Source of the DNA: a virus
DNA: 64,000 nt
IMG/VR virus record: IMGVR_UViG_3300037189_014399
Location: 1 to 64,000 of that record
Direction: 5' to 3' (one strand)
Each line of letters begins with the position of its first letter. Within the stretch, counting starts at the first letter, position 1. The notes under the pieces are model-generated. The model was given only the letters and a program-made list of their open reading frames with translations. It was not told the origin of the DNA and made no database searches. Positions 54,400 through 64,000 of the stretch are shown piece after piece. Both the position numbers and the translations under genes were made by a program.

Positions 54400-57300
54400 T
54401 ATAGACCCCCTCCAATTCCATGTACTTTGAGTTTTTTATTTAATTCTTTATTAAAGGTATCAATCAATACTTGAGCATCTTTAGCCCCACCGTTTTGAAG
54501 TGTGACTCTCATATCTACTTTGATCTCTACTTTCTGAGAGGCTGAGAAGTTTGCGCTAACGTTTCTATTAGCATGAGATCTTGCAGCAGCAACTTCAGCC
54601 ATAGCCATACCTGCGGCGGAGTCATCTCCACCCTTGCCGTAATACCCATCATTCTTTGCAACTTGTTGAGCATCGTCAAGGTACTTAATAAACTGCCCAC
54701 CAGTATATGTAGACCAGGCTTTCCAACTCTTACCGTGGCTACTCTTTTCCCATGCAGCACGGATGTTGTACTTAGGATCACGAAGTCTTGATCCATCACG
54801 ATACTGATCGTGACTTCCCTTGCCATCGTAGTTCTGCCAGTGCTTCAAAGAACGAATCTGGAATAGACCGTAGCTAGGTCCCCACTTAGCATCTTGTAAC
54901 TTAACATCTCCTGTAGCCCCTGGATCAAGATGTGATTCGGCCATTGAAACAGCAAATGCTGTCTCTAAAGACTTTCCACGGAAGCCCTGTGTGTACAACA
55001 TACGCATGTATGCTTCACGACTTCCACCAGGAATCTTATGAGAGATATCTCCAAGCACTACGTTTAGTGAAGGATCAATAAGAGGATCACCTGATGCATC
55101 TTTTGCATACGCAGCTTTAGATCCAAGTTCTTTTGTAATGTCTTTAATGTTTAAAGATAGACCACGTTCCATAGCGGTACCAAGACGAGCAGATAACTCC
55201 ATAGAGTTTAAAAGTGACGCATCACTTATTGTATTGATTGCAAAAGATTTATTCTTTGTACCATTAGGATTAAACAATGGATAGCCACCCTCTGTAGGAA
55301 GTGGTGGACTGAACTTAGCATCCTTACCAATGTACTTTCTTGGATCAACACGACCTTGTGCACCAGGACCTCCGTTGTCACGAAGTTCAAAGTGAAGGTG
55401 AGGACCAGTAGAGTTACCTGCACCGGTGTCTCCTGGCTTACCACCAGAACGACCAATCTCTTCTCCTTGATGAACGGTCTGTCCTGTACGAACCTTGATA
55501 TAAGAAAGGTGACCGTACAGTGTTGACTTCTGACCGTGAGTAATGATTACGTAGTTGCCGTAATCTTTATGCTTTCCTGTGTGGGTTACCTTACCGTCAG
55601 CTGCAGAGTAAACAGGAGTTCCCTTTTTTACACCGTAGTCAATACCACTGTGCTTTACAATCTTTCTTTTTGTTGTGTGAGGATCCTGACGCATACCAAA
55701 GCCGGATGTAACAATGGCTTTCCTTGTAGGGGCCTGGAATTTAGAGGCTACCTTCTGGCTAGCCAGTGACTGGGTACCGCCGCTTTCCCCTCCATGACCA
55801 AATACGCCGTGACCATGGTCGCCCATTCCAAGGCCTGGAACGTCGTTACCGCCGCCTCCACCCATAAGACCTGAGATAAGACCCCAGATGGTGCCTCCGA
55901 CGGCTCCTATGGCCGTTCCAGGGCCCGGTAAGAAGGATCCTATGGACGCTCCTATGGCAGCATCTTTACCCACATTTAGGGCTAGATCTCCAAACTTCTT
56001 AAGACCAGGGTTATTCTTAGCTAGCTTGGTATTGTCCAGGGGGTTCTTAACTGCCTGAGCAAGCATGGCTAGAAGGGCTAGAGGCCCGCCTCGTCTAATT
56101 CCCTTACCTAAAGCGCCCCGTATTCCTCCGCCACCCTTAGCTAAGCTGGCAGCAACAGATCCCTCTGTAGCCAAAGCTGCAGGATTGTTCATCATTGTCA
56201 TGGCTTGCATCATTGCCTTGTTTTGCATGTAACCATAACCCATACCAATTGCACCAGAGGTTACAGCTGAGATAGTTCCTCCAACACCACCTAATCCAGG
56301 CACGGTTTGAAGTACGCCCTTTAATCTTCCAAGAAGATTAGTTACCTCAGGAAGTGCCGCAGCAAAATCAGCAAGCGCATTGTTAGCAGCGGCTACGCTA
56401 TTTAAAGATGTGTTGTACCCAGAAACTAATCCCTGGTTAGTATTCTGAAGAAGCTTAGCTTCACTTGTATTGTAATTAAACTGAGCTCGCAACGGAGAGT
56501 TCTTTGCCACACCCATTAGATCTAAAGCTTTAGTAGATCCCTTAAAGGCGTCCTTACCTAAAGCTCCGTTGTTTCTTACTCTAGCTACAAGACCCATTTG
56601 AATTTGTGCCATAAGATCCTGGTTACCACCAGTGATCTGAAGAAGTGAGTTGTAGCCCTTACCACCAGGATTCATGACAGATGTCATGACCTGATCTACT
56701 GTTACTTTCTTTCCACCAAATAAAAAGTTATAAACGTCATTGACGATTGTAGGGATTGGTTTAAGCTGACCATTCTTATCACGAATTTGTACTCCCATTT
56801 TTAGGAAGGACATTCCGTTCATCTGTGATAGGGCACCAGCTACCTGCTCGTTAGTTCCTCCAGTGAGTGCACTGAGTCCACCAACAGAGGACATAATATT
56901 CTTTGAGCTTAATGTGTTTGCAAGGAAGCCACCACTATATGCAACTGAAGCCATAGCTTGAGTTGGACCAACGGCACTAGTTGCACCATTTCCTACAGCA
57001 CGGTTTGCACGAACAATAGAGCTCTGAGCTGACATTCCGCTAAGGCCTGCCATAGTATCTGCGGCCATACGAAGGTTAACAGCTGATTGCGTGTTGGGCA
57101 TTAAGCCCATACCAAGCGCAACAGTTCCAGCAGCTACAGTAATGCCACCGGCAATCTTTTCTGCCTTTGTGTAAGGCATTTCTGGCATGTCACCCATGCC
57201 AAGTTTCTTTGCAGGAGAGTTAGTCCCACCACCACCAGTGGGACTATCGCCTGTACTTAATTTTACATTTGCTGCACTCTTAATACTCTTTTCAGTATTT

Positions 57301-57461
57301 GCTGCAGACTTTTCAATCTTCTGAAATACGCCGTAGAGTTTTCCAGCAGCGGTAATTGCTAAGTTAAAGAACTTTTGGACACCGGCATTTGAGCCCATGC
57401 CAATGGAGCCCTTCTCATTATTTCCATCTGAGGGGCTAAATAAGTTCTGGTTACTTGCCAT
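54399..57461 (-). CDS. tape measure protein with M23 peptidase and lytic transglycosylase domains
   Basis: Ala/Gly-rich helical N-half; HSGID...YGHL...HLHFE; MAES...YGLFQI...WKAWS. Confidence 0.9.
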   Translation of the reverse strand: MASNQNLFSPSDGNNEKGSIGMGSNAGVQKFFNLAITAAGKLYGVFQKIEKSAANTEKSIKSAANVKLSTGDSPTGGGGTNSPAKKLGMGDMPEMPYTKAEKIAGGITVAAGTVALGMGLMPNTQSAVNLRMAADTMAGLSGMSAQSSIVRANRAVGNGATSAVGPTQAMASVAYSGGFLANTLSSKNIMSSVGGLSALTGGTNEQVAGALSQMNGMSFLKMGVQIRDKNGQLKPIPTIVNDVYNFLFGGKKVTVDQVMTSVMNPGGKGYNSLLQITGGNQDLMAQIQMGLVARVRNNGALGKDAFKGSTKALDLMGVAKNSPLRAQFNYNTSEAKLLQNTNQGLVSGYNTSLNSVAAANNALADFAAALPEVTNLLGRLKGVLQTVPGLGGVGGTISAVTSGAIGMGYGYMQNKAMMQAMTMMNNPAALATEGSVAASLAKGGGGIRGALGKGIRRGGPLALLAMLAQAVKNPLDNTKLAKNNPGLKKFGDLALNVGKDAAIGASIGSFLPGPGTAIGAVGGTIWGLISGLMGGGGGNDVPGLGMGDHGHGVFGHGGESGGTQSLASQKVASKFQAPTRKAIVTSGFGMRQDPHTTKRKIVKHSGIDYGVKKGTPVYSAADGKVTHTGKHKDYGNYVIITHGQKSTLYGHLSYIKVRTGQTVHQGEEIGRSGGKPGDTGAGNSTGPHLHFELRDNGGPGAQGRVDPRKYIGKDAKFSPPLPTEGGYPLFNPNGTKNKSFAINTISDASLLNSMELSARLGTAMERGLSLNIKDITKELGSKAAYAKDASGDPLIDPSLNVVLGDISHKIPGGSREAYMRMLYTQGFRGKSLETAFAVSMAESHLDPGATGDVKLQDAKWGPSYGLFQIRSLKHWQNYDGKGSHDQYRDGSRLRDPKYNIRAAWEKSSHGKSWKAWSTYTGGQFIKYLDDAQQVAKNDGYYGKGGDDSAAGMAMAEVAAARSHANRNVSANFSASQKVEIKVDMRVTLQNGGAKDAQVLIDTFNKELNKKLKVHGIGGGL

Positions 57462-57617
57462 CAACCAACCCTAGGTTTCTCTAAGGCTTTGGATATCCAA
57501 AGCACTCTTTCTCTTACCGAAAGATTACGGATCTCAGTCAATGTCCACCCAGGATAGTTCTGTGAAAGAACATCATAGGTTTGAATGATTAGATCGTAAT
57601 CTATTTCACTCCTGAAA
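57461..57617 (-). CDS. tail assembly chaperone C-terminal extension (probable +1 frameshift product)
   Basis: startless frame ...YPGWTLTEIRNLSVRERVLW ending in TGATG overlap with tape measure. Confidence 0.7.
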
Positions 57618-58421
57618 CAAAGAAGCCAGTGTTAGTGGCAACGGGACCTCCGACCCGCAGAACTGACAAGGCTTAGTAATTTCATCAAGTTGTGGACCTG
57701 GGTTGCGATCTGAAATGGCTTTAAGGATATCTCTACGATCTTTGATTCCAAGGTTGCGAACCTCGTCACCGTCAATCAAGGGAATACCGTTAATCGATTT
57801 AACGCAGCTCTTTAATACAATGGTGTCCAATTCGGCTGCGGTTTTATTATTAGAGTTTACTAGACTCTTTTGTGTGTGTCCTGTAGGAAGTGATACTTCT
57901 ACAGTCCCAACCTTACAAGTAATATTAAAGGTCTTATCAGATTCAAGCTTTTTAAGCTTTACATCTGTGTTAAGTCCAACAGTTAAGGTCTGGGTTTGAT
58001 CTGGGCACTTTGAGCATAGAGGACCTTCAAAGATAACCTCATCACCAAAGGTGACACGGCGGATTGCAAGCAGGAGCATTTCACGATCTCCGGCTAGCAA
58101 CATATCCAAAACGTCTTTTTCTGCTGGCTTGTCTCCAAGGCGTACAACCGCACGCTCTAGAATAAGCATCAAAGCCCTACCAATATCGGCCGCCTTTGCA
58201 ATGGCTTCCTCATCAGCCCCAGTTAATTCTCGTACTTCTGCTGTAGAGATGAATCCTTCAAATGGATCCATCAATCCAGCTACTAGTTCAACGGTGGTGT
58301 CAGGAGGAGTAGGAGCCTTACGTCTTACTGGCTCCTGACTCCCTACCTGATCACTTAATGCTTCTTCTGCGATTTGATTAACAAGTTGTGGATTATCTAC
58401 TGCACTGATTTTTGTAGTCAT
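57606..58421 (-). CDS. tail assembly chaperone (T4 gp26-like Cys motifs)
   Basis: VRELTGADEE, GDRExLLLAIRRxTFG, CxxC pairs; between tube and tape measure. Confidence 0.75.
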   Translation of the reverse strand: MTTKISAVDNPQLVNQIAEEALSDQVGSQEPVRRKAPTPPDTTVELVAGLMDPFEGFISTAEVRELTGADEEAIAKAADIGRALMLILERAVVRLGDKPAEKDVLDMLLAGDREMLLLAIRRVTFGDEVIFEGPLCSKCPDQTQTLTVGLNTDVKLKKLESDKTFNITCKVGTVEVSLPTGHTQKSLVNSNNKTAAELDTIVLKSCVKSINGIPLIDGDEVRNLGIKDRRDILKAISDRNPGPQLDEITKPCQFCGSEVPLPLTLASLFQE

Positions 58422-58442
58422 TTTATACCTTATCTTTCGTTA

Positions 58443-59105
58443 TTAAGCTAGTGGTGTGTAATTCATACCTGATGCTTGAGAAGGATCCGCAGCAGTTGTT
58501 GCGTAGTCTGTTGCATAGGCAACGTCAAAACCTTCGTGAACAATCTGCATTTCTTCAACCATCAATGTGTTAGCTCCTGCATCAAGGTTGCTGTAGCTGA
58601 GGTTTGTGATCCATGCGTTATAAATATGGAAGTGAATTGACGCATGCTGCTCACCTGGAGTAGTGGCTGCCGCACCAGCTGAGGTCTTTGTAGCCTTTGG
58701 GTTTGGATGGCTAAGAACCTGGATATCAATGTCGCAACGGAAGTCTGCGCCAATACCTGACTGTGCATTACCAGTCAAGGTTGAGAATAGGCGCTTCATC
58801 CATAGGACGTTTGCATTCTGACCTAGTAGTACACCCTTTGAGAATGTAATAGGTGTGAATGAAGACTGTCCAGGAATCTGGTGGAAGTTGGTGTTGTATC
58901 CGCCTTCACGGTAAGCGATTGCTTCTGTAGCAATACTTAAACCAGAAACGGAGACGAAACCCATCTTTCCCCAAGTATCGGTGGTAGTTTTCCACCCCTG
59001 AGCAGAGTCAGTGTTCGTTGGGTTAAAAGAAACCACGAACTTGAAGTTACGTACTGGATCGGTTAGCAGTGTGCTAAACGGTCTTAGAATTGGCGAATCG
59101 GCCAT
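58443..59105 (-). CDS. tail tube protein (gp19-like)
   Basis: DPVRNFKF, GFVSVSGL, YREGG, ITFSKG, LDA...EEMQIVHEG. Confidence 0.92.
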   Translation of the reverse strand: MADSPILRPFSTLLTDPVRNFKFVVSFNPTNTDSAQGWKTTTDTWGKMGFVSVSGLSIATEAIAYREGGYNTNFHQIPGQSSFTPITFSKGVLLGQNANVLWMKRLFSTLTGNAQSGIGADFRCDIDIQVLSHPNPKATKTSAGAAATTPGEQHASIHFHIYNAWITNLSYSNLDAGANTLMVEEMQIVHEGFDVAYATDYATTAADPSQASGMNYTPLA

Positions 59106-59119
59106 GATAGTTTATCTCC

Positions 59120-60682
59120 TTACGCCGTAGCGTTTCCTGTGAGTTGTCCAAGCTTGATAACAATGAATTCGGCTGGGTACTCGAGAGCAACGCCTACTTC
59201 AATGTTAACAATGCCATTTTGAATATCAGCTTCTGAGTTATTAGTTCCATCGCAAATAACATAGAAAGCTTGCTGAGGTGAAGTTCCACGAAGACCGCCT
59301 TGCTGCCAGTATCCGCGTAGGAATGTATTGATGCCGGTACGAATACGTGACCACAAGATTGAGTCGTTGTTCTCAAAGAGAGCAAACTGACTGCGGTTAT
59401 CGAGTTCTGTCTTCAAGTACATCATTGAACGACGAACGTTGATGTAACGGTTTGAAGATGTATTGTTAAGTGTACGAGCACCCATAAGTACAATGCCTGC
59501 GCCAGGAACCTGACGGATTGCATTGATAGGTTCTGTGCCGGTGTTTAGTGTGTCTAAGTCTGTATTTGAAAGCTGAGTCTGTGTTGACACTGCTAATGCG
59601 ACACGGTTTCCAAAACCTGCTGGAGCCTTGAATACACCACGTGATGTATCTGTTGCCAAGAACTGACCAGCTGCAATAGCACCTGGGGCCTGTAGGCGTG
59701 TTGCTCCACGAGCAGCCTTTGTTGTATCTGGGATATTAACCCAAGGATAGTAGATTGCTGCTACTTCTCCATGGTTGTTTCCAGAGAAAGGTGAGGTTGA
59801 TTTTAGATCTGAAGCGTACTGTTTAGCATCTGAGACGGTTAATCCAGCAGGAACATCGCAGATTGCAAATGCATTGTCACGGCTAGCGCAGTAATCAACC
59901 ATGTCAGCTTGAAGCTGCATAGACAATGTGCGATCGGCTGAGCTTCCTGCAGTGTTGTAAACATAAGCAGCATTAGGAACGTTAAACACAAGTGGGTTCT
60001 TTACTGGATCAAACAATGTATATGCAGATGAGTAATTAGAACGTGTTGGTGTGCTTCCATCTAGGCCGCCAGTAAGAGCGTGAGGAACACCATCTGCCGT
60101 TGGGCGGTTATCTGGGGCAACAGAGGCTGAATTTTGATCAGTCAATGTAATGTAAGATGAAGATGCATTTACATATGAAATTGCATAACGTGGGTCTGTT
60201 TTTACCATGCTTAGATCAGCAAACTGTTCTACAAGAACGGTGTTTCCTGAAAGTGACTGGTATACATAAAGTGCAAAACGATTAGCAGCACCAGAGTCAA
60301 TAACTTGAACTGCAAAGTTATTACCCCAAGCTCCTGCGTTATTTGCCTTTACTAAAAGTGTAGCCAGTGCTGATTGTGAACGGTCTGTCAATACAACAGA
60401 TGCTTGTGCGGCGTTTGAACCGACTACACGCTTGATGTAGGCCTGGTTACCACCGTTAGCAAAAAAGTTATATACAGCCCAGGTCATTGGATAGGCGTCA
60501 TTGACATCGCCAAAGGTATCGACGAAGTTTCTCCAAGAACGTACTAGAACAGGTAACGCTGTTGAACCCATCGCTGCTGGGCCGACAAATGCGCCTACTG
60601 CTGATCCGTTGTCAGACAACTGAATCGTCTGAGCAACTGGTACCTCTTGTACATAGACACCAGGTCTACTAAATGTAGCCAT
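59120..60682 (-). CDS. contractile tail sheath protein
   Basis: PGVYVQE, YYPW, GVFKAPAG, GARTL, YINVRR, PAEFI. Confidence 0.96.
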   Translation of the reverse strand: MATFSRPGVYVQEVPVAQTIQLSDNGSAVGAFVGPAAMGSTALPVLVRSWRNFVDTFGDVNDAYPMTWAVYNFFANGGNQAYIKRVVGSNAAQASVVLTDRSQSALATLLVKANNAGAWGNNFAVQVIDSGAANRFALYVYQSLSGNTVLVEQFADLSMVKTDPRYAISYVNASSSYITLTDQNSASVAPDNRPTADGVPHALTGGLDGSTPTRSNYSSAYTLFDPVKNPLVFNVPNAAYVYNTAGSSADRTLSMQLQADMVDYCASRDNAFAICDVPAGLTVSDAKQYASDLKSTSPFSGNNHGEVAAIYYPWVNIPDTTKAARGATRLQAPGAIAAGQFLATDTSRGVFKAPAGFGNRVALAVSTQTQLSNTDLDTLNTGTEPINAIRQVPGAGIVLMGARTLNNTSSNRYINVRRSMMYLKTELDNRSQFALFENNDSILWSRIRTGINTFLRGYWQQGGLRGTSPQQAFYVICDGTNNSEADIQNGIVNIEVGVALEYPAEFIVIKLGQLTGNATA

Positions 60683-60740
60683 TGTGATTTACTCCTTAGT
60701 TAAGTTAGTTATTTTCTTAGGGGTCCGTATTGTTTTAAAT

Positions 60741-61340
60741 TTATACACTGAATCTAATAGTCTCTTTGTCTGGAAGAGAAGCAGTAATCGATATATTTGG
60801 CGGTTGAGTGACTGGGTAGATTTTATCAAGTACATCAGGCAATAGCTCTGAATACACTCGAATAGTATAGACGTTACTAAACAATCTTTTATCCTGTTCA
60901 GTTCTGTCTCTTTTGACGTAGCCTAAGAAGTCCACACGTCGGGCTGTGCCGTCTTGTGGAATTAGTAGCTGGCCAAATCTAAATGGGATATATCCCGGGG
61001 ATAGCAGAGTGGCAATGATCTGTCGATCATGCTGTGGATATCTGCAGTATGTTGTTATCTGATAGTCAAGGTTTACTGGGATTGGATACCAGGTTTTAGC
61101 AACCTCGGTAGCTCCCTCAGGAATATATGAAGTCTCTACATATCCTCTGTGGGCACGATCATTGGCTTCAGATACATCTATAAGTTCAATAGTGATGTAT
61201 GGGTAAGACTGCTGACGAATAGCAAGGTCTGGCTGACCGTAGAAGACAGCCACTGGACGATTAGGGTTTGCCTGATCTGAGACAGTGATGCCTTTTAGCA
61301 ATTCTTTTACAGCAGCATCTTCATTGAGAAGGAATGTCAT
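60741..61340 (-). CDS. tail terminator / neck protein
   Basis: YPYITIE...PVNLDYQIT; upstream of sheath. Confidence 0.65.
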   Translation of the reverse strand: MTFLLNEDAAVKELLKGITVSDQANPNRPVAVFYGQPDLAIRQQSYPYITIELIDVSEANDRAHRGYVETSYIPEGATEVAKTWYPIPVNLDYQITTYCRYPQHDRQIIATLLSPGYIPFRFGQLLIPQDGTARRVDFLGYVKRDRTEQDKRLFSNVYTIRVYSELLPDVLDKIYPVTQPPNISITASLPDKETIRFSV

Positions 61341-61651
61341 AGTAGGCCCTCTTCTTCAAAGGCAAGATCAAACTCAGCAGTTATATCGTCTTCACTTATG
61401 TCATTTAAGAATCGACGGATGAATGGATCTGCTGGCTCGCCTTCAGGGCCGAACTCGTCATCATAGATCTCATCACTGTGATGATAGGGAAAGTTGGCTT
61501 CAAAGATATCTTCTTCATGAGAGATCTCAAGCATGCGGCCGTAAGACTTACCTACAGTCTCGGCTTCGTACTGAATCTTTGCAGTTAGGGTTTGATCTAA
61601 CCGTTTATCTGCTACTCCAAATGCGTTTAGGACTCTGGCTCTGATGGTCAC
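61337..61651 (-). CDS. head-tail/neck-associated protein
   Basis: EFG...PFIR motif; position. Confidence 0.55.
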   Translation of the reverse strand: MTIRARVLNAFGVADKRLDQTLTAKIQYEAETVGKSYGRMLEISHEEDIFEANFPYHHSDEIYDDEFGPEGEPADPFIRRFLNDISEDDITAEFDLAFEEEGLL

Positions 61652-61806
61652 TTAGTCCGCCTTGAAGCTAGGTACCCTGCAATTAAACCAACGGCAATTT
61701 TTGTATTTGCCTTCTTAGGGTCTGCAGATCCCGTAACTCCACGGATAAACTCTCGGCGGTCAGCCTCGGACTCCTCACGTAGGAGGCGTCGAACTAGCAT
61801 AATCAT
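61648..61806 (-). CDS. small hypothetical protein, 52 aa
   Basis: hand translation; GGAGG SD; GTGA overlap. Confidence 0.55.
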   Translation of the reverse strand: MIMLVRRLLREESEADRREFIRGVTGSADPKKANTKIAVGLIAGYLASRRTK

Positions 61807-61883
61807 CAAAATCCTCCAGTAGAAGGCGCAGGGTCTTGCAGCAAAATCCCAAGGGTTTGGGCGTCAAGACAAGGATAAAGCAA

Positions 61884-61903
61884 AGGCCCCCAGTTGGGGG
61901 CCT
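61884..61903 (-). terminator. intrinsic terminator
   Basis: AGGCCCCC/GGGGGCCT then TTGCTTT on - strand. Confidence 0.7.
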
Positions 61904-61908
61904 AAGCA

Positions 61909-62052
61909 TTACTTCTTCTTGACAGCCTTTTTCTTAGTTGTCTTCTTGACCTTCTTAGCTAGCTTGGCATCATTCTTTTCATCCTGAGCCTCAAACTTTT
62001 TCTTCTGAGCTGGGGTCATGCCCTTTTCAAACTTGCTATCTTTGTGTGCCAT
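61909..62052 (-). CDS. Lys-rich micro-protein, 47 aa
   Basis: hand translation MAHKDSKFEKGMTPAQKKKF...KKAVKKK; TAATG coupling. Confidence 0.7.
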   Translation of the reverse strand: MAHKDSKFEKGMTPAQKKKFEAQDEKNDAKLAKKVKKTTKKKAVKKK

Positions 62053-62192
62053 TACATTCCCTTCTTACGGTTCATTGACTTCTTCTTGGCTGGGGCAGGG
62101 GCTGACTTCTTAGCAAACTTCTTATTTGCTGCAGACAGGGTCTTCTCCCCATGCTTAGCTTTTGGCTTCATGCAGCCACAGGTAGCGCACAT
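62052..62192 (-). CDS. Lys-rich micro-protein with MCxxCGC head, 46 aa
   Basis: hand translation; TAATG coupling. Confidence 0.7.
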   Translation of the reverse strand: MCATCGCMKPKAKHGEKTLSAANKKFAKKSAPAPAKKKSMNRKKGM

Positions 62193-62368
62193 TACTTCTT
62201 CTTCTTTCTTAGAGCAGCAAAGTCAGATCCCTCTAACTCACCGTTGTTATTTGCATCAAGCTTCTTTTGCTTAGCTGTAAGGGGTTTCTTAGCAGCTTTC
62301 TTTTTACCCTTTTTGCAGGCACCTTTGCAGCCAGGCTTTGAGCAGCCACATCCACATGATTTACACAT
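62192..62368 (-). CDS. Lys-rich micro-protein with Cys-rich head and EF-hand-like loop, 58 aa
   Basis: MCKSCGCGCSKPGCKGAC...LDANNNGELEGSDF; TAATG coupling. Confidence 0.7.
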   Translation of the reverse strand: MCKSCGCGCSKPGCKGACKKGKKKAAKKPLTAKQKKLDANNNGELEGSDFAALRKKKK

Positions 62369-62574
62369 TATTTTTTACCTTTCTTATGGGGGTTCTTCTT
62401 ATGCCATTCTTTAGTAGCTTTGACGCCTTGCTTTACTGTCTTAGCTCCGGCCTTCTCAGTAAGATTAATCTTATCCCACTTTGGGTCGTTCTTACCGGCG
62501 TGATCAACTATCACATCGCCTTTTTTATTCTTCTTGACCTCGTGGACCTTGCCACTAACTTTTATTTTTGCCAT
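62368..62574 (-). CDS. Lys-rich small protein
   Basis: ORF track; TAATG coupling. Confidence 0.7.
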   Translation of the reverse strand: MAKIKVSGKVHEVKKNKKGDVIVDHAGKNDPKWDKINLTEKAGAKTVKQGVKATKEWHKKNPHKKGKK

Positions 62575-63902
62575 TATTGAGCCAAGTAACTTCCCGATAA
62601 GTTAAAGGTTGTAGAGGTAGCAAAGTTACCAAGAAGGTTTTTAGTCAATGGGTCAAGTACTAGCTTGTTTCCAGGACCACCTGCGCTCTGCCCGTAGAGG
62701 GTAATAGTTGTAGAGCCAGCGGTTGTTGTGCCCACAATTGGGTAGATGGTTCCACCGATATTGAGAGTGCCTGAGAGGCTTGATGGGCCATAAGCTGCAA
62801 CTGGCAGTGTGAGGGTATAGGCACCTGTTCCAAAGTTAGAGACGTTGGTGCAAGCAACTGCAATCTGGAATTGGATAATCTTGCCAGTTCTTGCGTAGTA
62901 GCTAGTAGTAGGTGTGCCACTAAAAATAAGACCAGTACCCGCCCATGTAGACGTGTAAGAGGTATTAGCTGGTGAGACGTAAGCTGTGGTCTGGCTAGTA
63001 GAGTCGTTATAGTTAACTGTAGTAACAGCTAGAGTAGGCAACTGAGCCTGAGCAATTCCGTCAATATTAAAAACACCGTTGTTAATGGTAATGCCGGCAT
63101 TACTACCTAATGATTGATCTGTAATATATATGGTTCCGGGCCCGACGTGTATAGACTTCCAACGAAGAGCATCTGAACCTAAGTTGTAGGTATTATCTAG
63201 GGCAGGAATTACATCCGTAGAAATATTATTAAGGCTGGCTGCTTGAGCAAAGACAATGTTGTCCGTGCCAATCTTAATGCCGTAATCAACCATAGTTCCT
63301 GTCAAACTCTCAAAGAACGTTTTGTTTCCATTAAGAGTTCCATAAAGAACAAGTACTTGATCGCCTTGAGATACTTGACCTTGAACACTATTATCATAAT
63401 CAGTAGCACGGGTAAGAATAGGTGTTAGACCAGCAACCATACGGGTTGCCACATAGATACCATTTTGTTTAGCATCTACTTGGTCTTTAATAAGAACACG
63501 GTCATTTGGAGCAATAGTGCGACTATCAAGTCCAATAACCCCCGGTGTAGTCGATGTAAAGTTTGCACCAACACCGGTTCCACCATCAGCGCCTGCGCTA
63601 CCTGCGTGGTAAGTCCAAACACCGCTAAGAGGTGCAGTAGTGGCAGCAACAACCGCAGCGTGAATATTGGTTGTGCCTGCAGGACCTGTAGGTCCTGTTG
63701 CTCCTACTGCTCCCGTGGATCCAGTGGCACCAGCTGGTCCAGTTGGGCCCACAGCTCCTGTGGATCCAGTTGGGCCAGTTGCTCCCGTTGCTCCTGCACT
63801 TCCTGCAGCACCTGTAGGTCCAGTCGTTCCCGTGTCACCCTTTGCTCCAACCGGTCCTTGTGGACCAACTCCTCCGCTATTTGAATAATGAATGTTTGCC
63901 AT
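62574..63902 (-). CDS. collagen-like fibre protein
   Basis: about 20 G-X-Y triplets, then DRVLIKDQ...QNGIY...LTRATD module and YNLGSxxxRW. Confidence 0.85.
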   Translation of the reverse strand: MANIHYSNSGGVGPQGPVGAKGDTGTTGPTGAAGSAGATGATGPTGSTGAVGPTGPAGATGSTGAVGATGPTGPAGTTNIHAAVVAATTAPLSGVWTYHAGSAGADGGTGVGANFTSTTPGVIGLDSRTIAPNDRVLIKDQVDAKQNGIYVATRMVAGLTPILTRATDYDNSVQGQVSQGDQVLVLYGTLNGNKTFFESLTGTMVDYGIKIGTDNIVFAQAASLNNISTDVIPALDNTYNLGSDALRWKSIHVGPGTIYITDQSLGSNAGITINNGVFNIDGIAQAQLPTLAVTTVNYNDSTSQTTAYVSPANTSYTSTWAGTGLIFSGTPTTSYYARTGKIIQFQIAVACTNVSNFGTGAYTLTLPVAAYGPSSLSGTLNIGGTIYPIVGTTTAGSTTITLYGQSAGGPGNKLVLDPLTKNLLGNFATSTTFNLSGSYLAQ

Positions 63903-64000
63903 TATCGATTAACCTTTAGAACTGCTACGTAACCTGCTCCACTTGAAGATAACGCATAAACTTCATCTGTTGTGTAAAGGTTATCAATTGTAAGCGCTCC

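Overview
This window is a 64-kb segment of a large tailed phage with a contractile tail (myovirus morphotype), most likely infecting Actinobacteria (three WhiB-family genes). Bases 1-12.3 kb form a rightward, early-type region of small hypothetical genes, a WhiB, a MoxR AAA+/vWA-metallopeptidase pair and a pyrimidine-dimer glycosylase. The rest is almost entirely leftward: class II RNR, an NTase/HAD-like/TGT-like trio, small basic proteins, lysis genes, replication and recombination genes (PolA, RecA, DnaB, DnaG, DnaC-like, SNF2, RuvC-like), and baseplate, tape measure, tube, sheath and a collagen-like fibre. No integrase, CRISPR array or canonical tRNA is recognisable. The strongest unexplained signal is in the first 5.7 kb. 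The intergenic gaps there hold at least six unrelated 130-290 nt segments, each clamped by a long terminal helix, interleaved with three anticodon-less tRNA-like elements (acceptor stem plus T-arm, tmRNA-TLD-like geometry). A 12-bp motif, CCRACACAAACA, occurs six times, seen only between 3.2 and 12.4 kb. Other oddities include a surface FN3-lectin-stalk protein that appears to start at ATA, a phage SpoVS, a 46-aa peptide that is two-thirds Asp/Glu, a probable +1 tail-chaperone frameshift and a spike protein with its His motifs inserted inside the OB fold. All protein calls are from motif recognition by eye; no database search or folding program was run.
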